A DNA stretch of 47,618 nucleotides, filler included, from Dimargaris cristalligena (Eukaryota), in the NCBI GenBank assembly GCA_003614675.1. It is 2 parts of 2 records of this genome, joined end to end, with 100 filler letters (N's around TTAATTAATTAA, not from the genome) between each part and the next. Parts side by side here need not be neighbours in the genome. Positions count along the whole stretch, not along the records: positions 23,894 to 47,618 come from ML002605.1; 1 more part is not named here. One strand, 5' to 3'. This document shows, piece after piece, positions 33,586 through 47,312 of the stretch. Position 1 is the stretch's first letter; every line of letters begins with the position of its first letter. Position numbers and translations under genes: made by a program. The notes beneath the pieces were generated by a model that was not told where the DNA came from, searched no databases, and was given only the letters and a program-made list of their open reading frames with translations.

Positions 33586-36500
33586 TTAGAAGTCGGAGGT
33601 AGCTGAGTCGGGCACAACCCCCAGGTCGAGATCGGATACATGGGAAAGAGGCGAGTCGGGCAATACGGACTCGACATCGAATGTCGGGCCCATTTGCGAT
33701 TCGGGAATTTCTAGGGGCTTAATAACTACAGTTAATTGAGAAGTGCTGGCCTTGGTCGACATGGAGCTGGACCGCGAAGGGTGCTTATCCTTAGTATCGG
33801 TTGTAGGCTTAGCAGTGGCCAGGGTGGCCATTTTTCTGTCATTGGATGGATCTGTTAATTGCGTTTCAGGGGATAACGTTGGCGTAGTCGGATTACCCAA
33901 AGAACCTGGCGGAGATTGGTTTTGAGGGGCAACCGTCATACTTGAGAATGCCGACTGGTGGGGGCCCCCCTCAACAGCGAAAAAAGACTTCCAAGAGTGC
34001 ATCTTCTGGGCGAAAGAGGGTCGCACTCCACCCCTGGCCGGATGCCCTACAGCCGCCGTCGCACTACTATGGTGATGAGGGGAATAGTAGGGGCTCGAGG
34101 GATGGATCTGAAGGGGGTGAGGTGGTGCACTAGAGTCCTGCAGATGATAAACAGTGCGGGTACTGTCCGAGCTAGCACGGTCGCCATTAGGTTCAACCAA
34201 TCGGTCCGGGGAAAAGGGTGTAGGCGAGTCTGCTAGACCCATGGCTGGTTGCGCCATTGAGTCCAGAGTGGTAGTTGACGAAGCAGCCGATCCTGGCACA
34301 CCCGATTGGCCAAAGTGCCGCCCGACTACGGAACCGTCGGAGGTGCCGTCGCGGCCTCTCATCCATTGAGGGGAGGAAGGTACCGCACTACTACCGCTGG
34401 TCAATTCCTGGGGGTAAAGTTCGGGGTTCGGTAAATGGGCTACCCCTGCACTACCAGGTGATCGATTAATGGAGAGGCGTCCGATTAAATTCAGCAGCTT
34501 ATTGGAGCGCGAGGCCGGGGAATGAGGTACCGAGTGGGATTGGGAAAATGGGCGGCTCTTGCCGCCATTATTGCCGTTGCTACCTTCTAATAGAACATCT
34601 CCCGTTCGTGCCGCCACAGGGGAGATGGTGCCGGCGGGGGTCATCGCCAATCGCCGTCCACCCAAAACAAACCGGTCCCGTTTAGACCGACCGTCGCTGC
34701 TATGCCGGGCTAATGCATAGTTGGTCGGCTGGGATGGGGCAAACCAAGACCGGCTACGGGCTGAACCGCTTATACCAGCTGTCGTAGGGGAAGGCGCTGA
34801 GGTCGCGGTAGTAGTCGTGATTACGAAGGAGCGACCCGAGAACTTACGACGGGCATTGGAGCCACAGTCGCTAACCGCACGACGATTCCTCACCTCATCC
34901 GGACTGGATTTTTCGTCGTTCTTCTGGTCCGCTGCTCCCACCATCGTCACAGTTGAGCTCCCACCCCAGGGGAAGATAAGGGTTGATCCATTGCTGTCAG
35001 CCAGACCGCTCCAGAGTGGGTTCAGACCCGACGGGGACTGTGGAGTCGTTGGGGCCGACGAAGCCGGGGTGATGGGTAGGCTATGAATCGATGCGCCGGG
35101 TGTTGCCCCAGCGTGGGCCAAAGCTTGAGCCCGACTACGCAAGCAATCGTGGGTGAAGATATCACCGAAGCGGGTGTCCACTAGGGATTTACGGGAAGGT
35201 CCGGGATGATAAAATGTGGTAACCAGTTGAGGGCGATGATGTTCGGTCCAGTCCACAAGATCGGTCACCAACGAAAGAGGGCGCGGGACCGGTTGGACCC
35301 GAGGAGAATCGACAAGGGTATTGCGATGATTCAGGGGGGATACGGTTGTGGTTGGGGTACCAGAGAGTGGTAGGGGGGTTTCGGTCGGGGCTTCACCTGT
35401 ACGACGCGATGGTGACGGATCACCCCCACCGCCAATGGCTACTGGAGTAAGGGCAATTGGACTCGGCTGGCCGGCCAAAGGGCTGTTGTGGAGGTTCGAT
35501 GGAATCCGACGGAGTGGGTTCAACGAACGAGGGTGGTATTGAGTCAAGGAAGACCGGCGATTGGAGGTCCGTCGGTTAGGTGCCCGGAGCTCAAAACTGG
35601 AGGGGTACTGATCAACCACCATATTAGTGGCAACTGGGGCGGGTGCGATAGAAGGGGAACCTGACAGGACCAATTCAGTCGCATCGGGCCGCACTTGAGC
35701 CAGACACTCGCGGAGATGAGTCAGCCACACGGCCTTTTCCTCAAGGCAACTGGCAGTGAAATCGAGGTAGCGCTGGGTGGGCTCATGGAAGAGGCGCCAA
35801 GAGGCCAAAGTGGCCGGGACAGGCAAGGCAGTAAAAAGGCCGTTGTCTGAATCCAGCGAATCAAAGTGGGAGGTCTGGTCGTCAATCCGTAATGAGGCCA
35901 GGGGAAACCAGTGCTTGGGTTCGTAGGTGGTAGTACTTTTCGTCTTCAGTAACACCAGGAAGCGGGGGAACAGCACGCACCCGTAGTACTTAATCCGCGG
36001 GGGATTTAAGTCGTAGGCTACCACTTCCAGAGCGCCGGCCAAGACCAAATCGCCCATCGAGGCAATAAAAGATAGGGGCAATTTAGCCGTATCTTCATAC
36101 CGCTGGCGGAATAGCAAAGTTTGGTGATGGATCTCACAGTCCCGTTTGGCCTCGTTAATCCGTCCAATGAGGGTTTGGATTCCGTCAAGGGCCACAGTTA
36201 TCTGCTGGGCAACCACTGAATCAGTCGAATAGTGTTTAGCGATGCTCTTCAGCAGAAGGGGATATAGGCAAAGACGCTGAATGGGCTTCATCAAATAGTC
36301 CAGCATACCCAGACGGGACAGCTTGGGACCACTGCCATCAGGTGAGTCATGCCGTGAAAACTGCAGCCACTCGGGGCCCTTCTCCAAGTGTTTGATATCA
36401 GCCGCAAAATTGCCGGCCATCGCGCAGTAAGGAATGTAAACCTCAAACTCCTTGTACTGGTGGGACGAAAGGCAAAAGGATGGAAGGAAGAGTACCAGGG

Positions 36501-38301
36501 TTGGGTGGAAAGAATAAAATCAAAGATATTAGTATGTGCGCCAGGATCACCGTTCTCATCATGAACGCTTTGGTAATGATAAGGTCATACTCATCCGAAG
36601 TAATCGCCGATTGGCGCGAAATCACACTAAAACCGGGCGGAACATCCCTCCAGTGGGGATTAAAATGGCACACCAGTGTCCCACCGAAACATAAACACAG
36701 ATTCACTCCACTGGCCCTGAAACACACTAAGCAAAGTCATGGGAGGAGGGGATTAGGAAATGATCGCCCCCCCCCTTGTTCCACCATAACTGACGTCATG
36801 CTAAGTTAGGCGTTTAGCGTCATCCCTCAGCTTAGCCCGGTTAGGAAGGAGGAATTATCCGGTGGGGCGTGTGACCATTTGATGACAGCGAAAATTAAAA
36901 GAGCGGCGGGACAGATGGGTTTACCCACGGCCTTTTAATTGGTGATGACGCGCGGGCAGTCATGCTAGTGCCCGATTAGGCCGACACAGCCCTGGAAATA
37001 CAGGTCTCTACATACACCCAAACTGAGAGTTCAGAATTCGACTACATCATACATTTCATCAACGGCACCACAGCCCCTTGCCTAGTGGGTTCCCATTTCG
37101 TAGTACTTACCATTGAAATAAACAGCCGGGCCAAATCCAGCAAATCGAAATCGGAATACGGGGCGACTCGCGGTTCGGCATGGCCGATAGTAACACCCAG
37201 TTGCCGGCTAAATGACTTTTGGAAATAGACCAGGGGGATGAGGTATTTGATGAGGTGTTTCAACAACAAACACGACAACTGTTTACTGTGCTTGATGGTT
37301 TTGAGGTAACCGCTGACGAAAGTATCCAGCGCATTGATGTAATTCACCTCGGTCAACCAGAGTTCCCGCAGTGTGTTGTCGACCTTGGCCCCTACTACCC
37401 GCGGAGTATCCGTGCCTCCACTAACGTCATGGTCGGGCGAACTAGGCTCATCACAGGCATCGATGGAATGGGTGGAAGAGTGGGAGGACGCGGCGGGTGT
37501 AATGAGCGGGGATTTGACTGTCTCAAGGACCGAAGTAGATGGGAGCGACGCGGGTGATAGGGATGGCTTGACGGGCCGCAGCATGGGGGAAGACTGGGAA
37601 GGTCGAATGGTCAACACGGTGGGGGGTATTAGGGCGAACGCGGGGGTATGGTCGCACGACGCATCGTGGTATTGTTCGTCTGAGCAAACAGAGGTGAGGT
37701 CGTCCGGGTGGGGAATGCAGTCGTAATATACAGTGGAGACGTCATCTTCGGTAGGGGCAGAAGATACGGAAAATGCCCGGCGCCGGCCCATGCTAGCCAC
37801 GGCGGAGTTTGCGGGACCGAAAGGGCCGCAGCTGAGTAAGCCACTTTCCACCTGGCGGGACACGCGCTCGTGGAGCTGGCCAAAGTCGATATGCATATCC
37901 AGGATAGGGGCCCGTATATGGCGAGGAGACGCAGGCATGGAGACGGAGGCAGACAGGCGTTCCGAGAGTGGTGGCGTGCTGGGTCGCGGCGTGGGGCACG
38001 CAGTTGCTGGTGGCACGGGCGATCGAGGTAATGGTAGGCTGGGGGACGAAGGAGAGGACTGGGACGACTCCGACGGAGAGGTCGCTACAGAGAGGCTGGT
38101 GGTCCTTATGGGTAAAACGGGCTGCTGCCCGTGGGGCGGTGGTGAAGGGCATGCGGGGTCAGGACTGCCCATGACAATGGGGAAGCCAGACACCTCGTCA
38201 GCACAGACAGTGCTTGTCGTCGCCAAGGGGGTTACACAATAAGAACTGAGTTGTTCGGCGGACAAATGGTTGTGCATGAGGGCGGTCGGCGACGGCGCCA
38301 T
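33586..38301 (-). CDS. Rho guanine nucleotide exchange factor (DH-PH), ~1350 aa; 2 coding exons
   Basis: Exon 38301-37111 (…LRELWLTEVNYINAL…LARLFISM|GTAAGT) and exon 36456-33586 (CAG|YKEFEVYIPYC…LDYLMKPIQRLCLYPLLLKSI…INEAKR, then PH-like GDLVLAGAL…CVLFPRFLVL…EKAVWLTHLREC). Long Ser/Pro-rich tails. A splice acceptor at 38311-38310 indicates further upstream exon(s), so the true start is uncertain. Confidence 0.88.
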
Positions 38302-41265
38302 GGAATACACTGAATAAATATTAGTAAAGACAATAGGACTGAGTAAATGGATAATACAGGCTAAAAGAGAGATAGAGAGAGAAGGAAGGGGTAATAACGT
38401 AGAAGAAGAATAAGGCGAGTGTCGCTATGGGCCTTGGAGACTTTAGGGGAAAGTGACTATATGCACCTAGATACTGGTCATAGGGAAGCGGGGGAATATC
38501 ATAATAAGGTGCTGGAGAGGTCGGTTAGTCTAGGCTGTGGAGGCGAGTCACAGCGTGGGTCAGCATAACAGGGCGGCAGGGTCGCCTAAACGATAAAGTG
38601 GGGAATGGGGGGAGTTGGGGAATAAGAAAGGAAAACTACGGCCATAAAACGGCTAAGCAGATGAAGAGCACATGAGCTACAGCGGTCCCTAAAATACAAC
38701 GCGCGGCGGAACGAGTAAAGGTGAATTAAAGAGAATAAAGGAGAAGGGAGAGACAAAAGGAAGCCAGTAGAGAGCGTGGGGGAGCAACAATAGACAACCA
38801 ACTAGAGCGAAGGACTTTGGCGAAGGGGGGTTTGAGTGAGACCACTCAGAAACAGCGAGGGGTTCTTAAATCCCCTAACCCAGGCCAGTAACGGACCAAT
38901 ATGGGGAGAAAGCAGAGCGCCCGTTGACTGGGCAGCACTCCCAAACACGGCACTACTGGAGGGGGGGTGCAAGGGGAGAGGAGCTGTTTGACGCAGTGCT
39001 AGGGGCAATAGCACGCCAAACTAAAGTATCCTTAAACAACTGGGTCGTCAAGGTGGAGGTTGGCTAAACAAGAACAAGGGAAGTCGAATAGAGAAGGGTG
39101 TGTGGTAACGGAGCCGGGCCGGATAGTAATGGTAATAGTAATAGTAATAGTAAAGGCCAGGGTGGCCGACGGTACTTGGAATAGTACGCACCAGTAGTAA
39201 GCAATAAAAGAATGGGCGGGCTGTCTATTACTGACAAGCGATAGAGTATAGTGTCATTGAAAAGGCCCGATCTAAGTCGTATCATTTGAAACAGGCCAAT
39301 GGATCGCCGTGGTGAAAGGCAAATTAATTAAATGGGAGTAACGGGAAGGGTGCAGATTATAGAGAGCCGGAGTGGAAAACGGACACCAACGGTGCAAAGA
39401 CAAAACCAGAGTAACCAATAATACTCCTCTCCGTCAGAGAATCACCAGATTCCAAAGAATCTCCGAATATCGGTCAAGAGTGGGAGCAATCTCCTGGTAT
39501 AAGCCAGCCCGAGTGGATCACCGGAAAGGGGGACATGCGTATAGCAAGGGTAGAGCAGGTGAAATGACTGAGGGCGATATATATATATATATATAATAGT
39601 ATAAATAGACACCAACTAGTCTTGCAGCGGCTGCATTCCAGCTCTACGGCCAGTGTAGTTGGCGAAACCAGTATAGACACACCAGTGGGATCCACCGACG
39701 CGGTAAATACAGGCTGGATAAACAGACAAGGCTGACCAAGGGAATAGGGGCCTGGTAATGGCTATATCGAGTAAAGAAAAGGGGCGCAAAACTCCCAAAT
39801 AAGGCGCACGCTTAGGCTCAGCGGAGATATAAATAATCCACCTCACCCATGAATGGCCCTCAGCAAGCAGTCGAAGCCAGCTATATCCACACACACACAC
39901 ACTCGGTATGCGGCCAGCCACCACGCCCACTCACCCGCTTTGTTTACAATAAAAATAAAATGAAGAAAAAAATAGGGGGGATGCGAGTTGTGCCCCGTTC
40001 ATTTCACTCTCCCCCCTCCTAAACACTCACGTCCTACCACACTAATCCGCTGCCGAAAAGAGCTCGCGTGGTACAAGCCCCCCACCGCCTTGAACTCGCC
40101 CACCCTGCCTCGGGACGCTCTCTGTTTTAAAGAGAAGCCACTCCTATAGCTTATTGCACAACCCAAACCAGACCAAGCGCGTCCAGTTCAGTCATCACAA
40201 CAACAACATTCCACATCATCGTAACTTACCTGTTCACTTGGCAGCGTGGCGTAGGGGTATTGAGTTGATGACGCCGAAGGCGTGCTCTCCGCATCCACAC
40301 CTTAACGGAGCACGGGTGGCCGGGGAAACCGCCCAACAGTACAGTCCGGAACTGAAAAGAAATGTACTAATGATAATAATAGGGATGGAATAGGAAAACT
40401 ATAAAAAGCGCGAGACCGAAATGACCCGAGGGAGAAGACGGTAGGGAAAGGTGAAGCAGGGGGCCACTTGAATGGCAATCTATAGATGGGATACATTCGA
40501 CGCCAGGGAAAATGCGCGGGTTGAATGAATACAATACCAAAAAAAAATCAGCCGGGATCTGTAGGATTAGTAAACTGATGACGATATTCGCGATAGAGGG
40601 CGGGTGGAAATCCAGCTCTTCACAATTCGATGCGGGTCGCCAACTTGGACGACTGAGTTCAGACTATGTGTCTAGGGGACGGGGCAATGCCAACAATTCC
40701 GAATAGAGGGGACCAACTGGGCGGATGGGGGGTCTTATAACCGGACTATTCGAAGAGGCTGAAGTGGGTAGTGAGAGTGGAGAGTGGGGTCGCGAGAATA
40801 AAGACGCGGGAGGAGAATCGGATACCTTGCTAATCTACAAACCGAGGAATACTCGTATCAACCAACCGGCCCTAGGCGCAATATATAATATGTCTATCCA
40901 GCGACACATGGCAACTAACTAACCGGGTCTGGTCGGGGAACGGGGGCTCACCCATCTTAAATAACGACAACAGGTCAACTATTAAACATAAAATGCCGAA
41001 GCGGTGTGCCCGACAATGTCCAGCCCCCCCTCCCGAACCCTTGACTCGCATGCAGAAAGACCCTGGTAAGCCCATATCTGGCTGCCGCCGGCTCTTGTCC
41101 AAGATACCTCACCCCTGGTCCAATACCACTTTCCCGTCCCCGGCCGTAGTGCGGCTACATACACCTGTGGCCATAATAACCAACCGGCTGGGCCAGCCAG
41201 GGAGGTTTTTGTAATACCGGAAGTCGCGAGCTATCGTCGAATTAAGTCAAAAATGAATATAATTT

Positions 41266-41299
41266 ACCTATATATATATATATATATATATATATAGGT
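41266..41299. repeat. (TA)14 microsatellite within a perfect palindrome ACC(TA)14GGT
   Basis: Directly visible. Confidence 0.85.
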
Positions 41300-44200
41300 T
41301 TACCGTAAACCCACTTACTTTTAAATATGTACACAGTCCGGTGGAAGCTGGATGGAAGACAAACGTCAGTGCGCTGCGGGTAACTCGGACCGGCAATTAT
41401 ACCCAAAGCGCAGGGATAAAGGGGAGGCGAGAATAAAAAAACCGGATACCCAGTGGGGGGAACGGTTTCGGACCTGGTCAGTCCAACTTTCCCGGCTATA
41501 CAAGTGGCGAATGAATGAATGGACTGGTCGCAGATCGGGGTTTCCTATGAATAGACAGAGTGAGATATATAAAACCCCACGTCAGGGGCACCATTTGGCA
41601 TCGGAGTTGAAGGGGGGGGGAGGTTAGTTAACTAATTGGCTCTTAGCAAAATCTGAAACGACGGGTTTAGCATCGGCCCAAAGTCAGCGGGGTATGGGGT
41701 TCGAAGGACTGAGTTGCAAAGTGAAACAGGGTGTGGTAGATTGGGAACGGGTTAGCAGAGGATATAAGCAAGCGTAGGGATGAGAGTGTGCTACACACAG
41801 ATGTGGGCTCACCCCATCTATACACCCCCAGGTTAACTTGCCGAACATCCCCTTTTTCCCCTTTCCTCTAAACCACCCAACTATTCTCATCCCGGCCAAG
41901 CCTCCCGTTAACCCAGGGAAAATGCGATGAATAACCTGCGGCGGCTCTGCGTATCGGTCGGGATTGCGTGCATCGAGAAACAGCACCAGTAGGGGCGGTA
42001 GCCGTAGCAGCAACCCGTACAGGGTGACGCATCATCCATTCACTTTCTCCCTCGGACACCACATACATTTGTACATATCGACAGATATGCACTCTCGTAA
42101 ACCCGAGTACCAACCAAGACCGCTGACGAGACCCCCATACACACACAACACCCACAGCCCAATACACATGGCCCAATTACCCAACGCACAGCAAGGGTAA
42201 ACCGAAACCAAAATGGAAACAAAGAGTCGCCACCCCTGGCAGTGGTGCACTGATCACATAGCTAAGATGCGAGTGGTATGTCGAGGTGTTTCTAGTTAAC
42301 ACCAACGACCCTAGGGGTGGCGGTCGCGTAATTTCGGGGCGGAGTGGGTAGAGGTAATGACGAGAGGGTTTGGTTAAGGTCCCGGTCTTGGTCTCGGGCG
42401 GAGGAGCTAGCCGTAGCCACCTTCAACAACAGTACTCAATTGTAAACTACTCGGGTCTCGGACCGTTCCCAACGAAGGGACGAAAGCACCACAGTAAACA
42501 AATCAGTTGACCCGTGCAAACAAGGCAACCTACGCTCTATAATATAAGACGAAAGTCCCATTCTACTAACTTACCTGTCTAAAAGGAACACGGACGCTTG
42601 AAAGGGAGACGGAGAACGATTAGATATACCCCAAAATAAAATAAACTGAAATAAAACTATACATATATAAGTATATTTGAAGACCAAAAAATAGACCAGC
42701 CAGCTGAAAGATCCAGTGGGGCGGTGGCCGAACCACTAGTTGGTTATATAGATAATCGGCGATTGATAAAAGACGCAATCTCTAACTTGGCAGGGTCCAT
42801 ATAAGCATGGGATATATAGATAGAATGGGCGGCGTATTATTTGATTAGTAACGGGAGAAAAAAACACACCGGTTCATAAATCATCATCAGGTTAATTAAA
42901 ACCAATTCATCTACCGCCAGTTCGGTGAGTCCATGTAGAGGTTTCGCCAGACTGTGGACACCCGGGGCGGTTATTTATTAAATGAGGGCCACTGATAGGA
43001 TCTGCTTGGCGCTCCACCACCCACATCACTCGTTCACACCTCTTATCATAAGGAGGGTTACTGCCCTCCAAGATAGCTAGCTGGACAATGGAAGTGAAAA
43101 AAACTATAAATCTTAAGCAGTTTGATCGAGCGCTTTCCGCCTTTCTCTCTCTCTCTCTACTCCATTGACCAGATTATACAAGGGGGACAGAGTTCCTTTG
43201 AGGGTGGTGTGAAGGATAAGGGTGAGTAAATTGGTCAACAGTCATTGTTGGGTAACTGATTTCCCAGGCCCATTGGAAAGCTACACAAGAGGACGGTAAA
43301 ATACACTGGTATAAACTTACGACTGGGCAGTGCAGCAGAGTCGAGTCGGGGCTTCGAAGCTGGACTGGTGGTAATAAATAAAACAGATAAAGCTGCGTCG
43401 GTGCAAGTAGGCAGTGCAAAGCGAGGTGGATGAGTACATGTGTTTGTGAAAGACCTCCACCGCTTGGCGGACGGCGATAGTGCAACATGACGGCCCTCTC
43501 AAACAGGCCATTTTGCCGATGACAACGAACATGCGCCCATCCACATGAATATACCTCTATACCTAAATGGCCTACCTTATAGAGTAATTTGCGAAGGAGG
43601 GGGATACGGTCGGAACTCAGCGGTTTACCAAAGTAGATAAGTATGCATAAGGAAGCAGAACAATTAGATTGAAACGCAGGGTAAAAGGGCAACCCTATTC
43701 AGCGGAAAGGAATATAAGATATGGAGCTCAAATGTATGTTCGACGAAAGTAAATACGCGGCAGCAGTAGAGTAAAACCGTTAATTGAAACCTTCAAACAC
43801 AGGGAGTGCGTATGAAGGAACCGTCGGTTGTGAACTAGATGGTTTAAAACGGGGAAATGGGATGTCAGGGTAAAAATTGCTGGAAAGTCGAACGGGGGTG
43901 GTACAGTGGATTAAAATGTACTTCCAGAAATGATACAGAGTAGCCTCGGTATTTATCTCAAGTACAAAGTATAGAGAAGAAGGTTCAAAAAAATGGGATA
44001 TAACAGGGTAGTGGAAACGAACATTTAAGCCTTTAATGGAAAGAGATACACTCTATAAAATAAAAAAACGCCAAGGGCGGTGGGATTGGTAAAGTATATC
44101 ACGTAGAGTGCGTACATCTATCGCGCGGCTCTTCCATTGCATTTACCTATGGCGAAGCTGCGGGAGGTGGGGAAATAGCAAAGACTCTTCTCCCGCAGTC

Positions 44201-47200
44201 CTCCTCCCCCCCACCTTCCAATCCGCCTGGACAATTTAGTCGCCCGAGGTATATGGCCTGCCAGGCAAAACTCGGGAGATCTGACCATTCCGCGGGCCAG
44301 TCGTGATGTCAATGTTGCGCTCCCTCCACACTCTTGAAACAATAGCGGCGGCTCTCACCCTATACTTTAGCCAATTCTCTTCGTTCCCCCTCATCATTAT
44401 TGCTATGGAGGGAAGAACAGGAAGACAAAGGGAGGACGGTCATTCGACATCCTCCTATCCAGCACCAATCAGGTACGACCAATCTAAAGTAGAACGAAGG
44501 GGGTTGGACCAACCCCGCGTGATTATCCTTCCTACGTATAAATATAGGAGCGGATATTTATGTGGCAAAGAAGACTGAGTGGGGTGCCCCCATCTATATC
44601 TCCCGCGGCTCCTGTCCTTGCTTATCACGTACCTTTCCACCTCTAAAGTCCAGGTTACCGGATCATGCGGTGATGTACTGGATTACTATAGGCTCGCAAC
44701 ACATTAAGCCAAGAAAGTCAGGCCAGGACGAACGGTGGGGTAGTTAGATGATAAGGTGGGGGGAATGGAGTCGGTAGCAGTCCTATTTCACCAACCCTAT
44801 GGGTATTTCAAGGCTGACGCAACCTGTGAGACATGTATGATGGAGTTGGATGCTAAACGTAAGCACTCCATCTTCACTGAGTGGCTATGACGCTTTCAAC
44901 GGTACCGGATGGGGGAATAAGGCTATGTGAGACACCCCGACCTAGACCAGTTATTTGGACAATGGCCCCCAACTTCTCACGTATCTATTACATCGAAGAC
45001 GATACAGGTATTTTATCGAGTTGGGTTTCCGAGTTTCATTTGGTTTATCGCCTCCCACACTAATAGAGGACCAATATATCCCACCCGTACATGGGCCACT
45101 TCTTGATCGCGACATTCGTACACTGTGCCTGGGATTTGCCGATCTTCCATTTCCCCCTCGTGGTCGCATACCCCTCCACGGCGGTACTGCTTGGTCAGAT
45201 AACCCCATCTGGGATCAAATTAAACGATCACACCAGCTCACTGTATATAAAAATGAGATTGAAAAAATAAAACCATTACTCCCCCCCTCTCCAAACCTCG
45301 AATCACCATAGTTATTTTTTTCCTGTGGGTATTTAACCCAGTGCACGGCTACTGAGCTGTATAAACAAGACCTTGGGATGAGAGTGGGCAATGCAGTGAT
45401 GTCCGCCGTAACTCCACCCATATACCGTTTCTTCTCACGCTGTTTAAGGGGCCCAGGTCACAGTATGTTTAAGACCTGAGATATTGAACCACAACAGCCG
45501 CTATATTATTATTATGATTCCCCAATGCAATGCGGTCGAACCGGACAACTCGCGGCAGCTCATATTGGACAACGAGTCTCGAGAGCAGAAGAGCCGGTAA
45601 TTGAATCGAATTACCTCCGGGGGTTGTCTAATGCTCTAGGCCCATTAACTGAGCAATGCCGGGAAGTATCGGTTACCCCAGTGAAACCAATGCACACCCC
45701 GAATGAATTGGTACCTTTTAGAGGTCAGGGGGGATGCTTTCCTTGCATAGTCCAAGGAGGAAAGGGTTGGGGAAGATGGGGGTGAATAATACACACCCCC
45801 CGAATGGGATTTGCGCTAGGGGATTTTTAAAGGTTAAAATGGAGACGGACAGGGCTATGTATAGCCTATTCTTGATAGCGGTAGTGCGAAATAGAGCGCA
45901 AGGAAGGGATTACGAGAGTGATTCATTCGATATTAACACTCCTACTCGTCGCTACTGAAGCTGTTTACCACGCGAGGCGAGTAGTCCAATTACCCCGCTA
46001 TATGTCCAAGGAATAGTTAAGGAATCTAGAACAACAATAGTCGCTTCTATTAGGGATACTACATAGCTGGGGTATCATAAAGGGGTCGTGGGCTTTATAT
46101 CCAATTCAGGGACTTATCAGCCGGTCTCCGTGTTTACCTCCATACCACCCCCCACCATGCTTTTCCTGCCTAATATTTTATTTCGTGTAAAGGAGGGCTT
46201 GAAGTAAAATTTAGTCTTATCAAGGGGGGTTCTTCGACCCAACCATCCACTTGTTCAGACCATTCGTTGATGACCTGGTTGGTTTCATATCTGCCATTGC
46301 ATCCCCTTCTTGTATAATGGCACCTCGGTGGCTTATCCGGCCTCTATCTGATCTGTACTGGCGCATGTAGACCAATGTCCCGAATATTCCAAAGCCGCTA
46401 TGTTGTGTAGCTTGACGCGTCCTGGAATGAGTGAAATTAAACATGATTTAGCCTTTTAGGCATACCATTCAGTGGGTAATAAGGGACACCGTCACGACCA
46501 ACCCAACCTACATTGTGATAGACGTACGCCCAGCCAAAACCTATAGATTTGGACCAGCATTGGATACGAAATAATGGTAATTATTTAGGTCCGTTGCAGA
46601 TGGCCCTCGAAACTTTAATAATTATGCATTAATACCAGCCAATAAGAGACCCTTGGTGCTCATAGACCACAACACCCTTAATTGAAAACGAAAAATTGTT
46701 GCAGGGGTGAGGTCATAACCCGTGAATATAATAAGTGGTTCAATTGATATATACTTTCCAAATAGCACTTTAGGGTAGTTCGCGGTAAAATACAAACTAT
46801 GGGTTAAGAATTTACTAATATATGAGTCTCAAAGTCTCAATGACTAAATAAAAATAAAGAATAAATCAACTGTTTCACTTTAAAGGAATTGGTCAAACGA
46901 GAGACTGGGCTTAAGCTACCACTTTCGGAGCCACTACTATTCTGCTCATTAGACCGGTGAGATCCACCATCGAGACTGGATTCACAGTGCTAACTAAGTC
47001 CGATATGCCGATAGTAGCGGATTATATGCAAATTTATCCGGATAAAATAGTTATAGTAGGTGATAATCCAGCCATGGAAAAATATTTTTAAGTGCGTGTT
47101 TTACCCATTACAATATAATGCGGTTTATTTCCCAAATACTCAACAATTAGTGCCATACTTCGGTTCTAGCCGGGCTTTTGCTTTAGATTAATCAATATAT

Positions 47201-47239
47201 AAATGCCCACTAGAGATAAAAAAGAAAATTAAAAATATA

Positions 47240-47312
47240 TGCCTATTTCCAGAATCGAACTGAAGACCTTCTGCTTACTAGGCAGACGCTCTGCCAACTG
47301 AGCCAAACAGGC
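47240..47312 (-). tRNA. tRNA-Thr (anticodon AGT), intronless, 73 nt
   Basis: GCCTGTT-TG-GCTC-AGTTGGCA-GAGC-G-TCTGC-CTAGTAA-GCAGA-AGGTC-TTCAG-TTCGATT-CTGGA-AATAGGC-A. All four stems pair; T-runs follow as a Pol III terminator. Confidence 0.97.

Noticed and set aside
36457-37110. Intronic C/D snoRNA or extra exon in the 654-nt RhoGEF intron
   Set aside because: ATGATG and CTGA boxes are too close together or unpaired, and the DH domain is already complete without another exon.
44881-45311. Overlapping 60-118 aa plus-strand ORFs
   Set aside because: Non-ATG starts and no recognisable family; cannot be supported without a homology search.
46703-46823. Possible fifth, very degenerate copy of the inverted-repeat element (also a partial match near 20574)
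   Set aside because: Only short patchy similarity, and no convincing second arm by eye.
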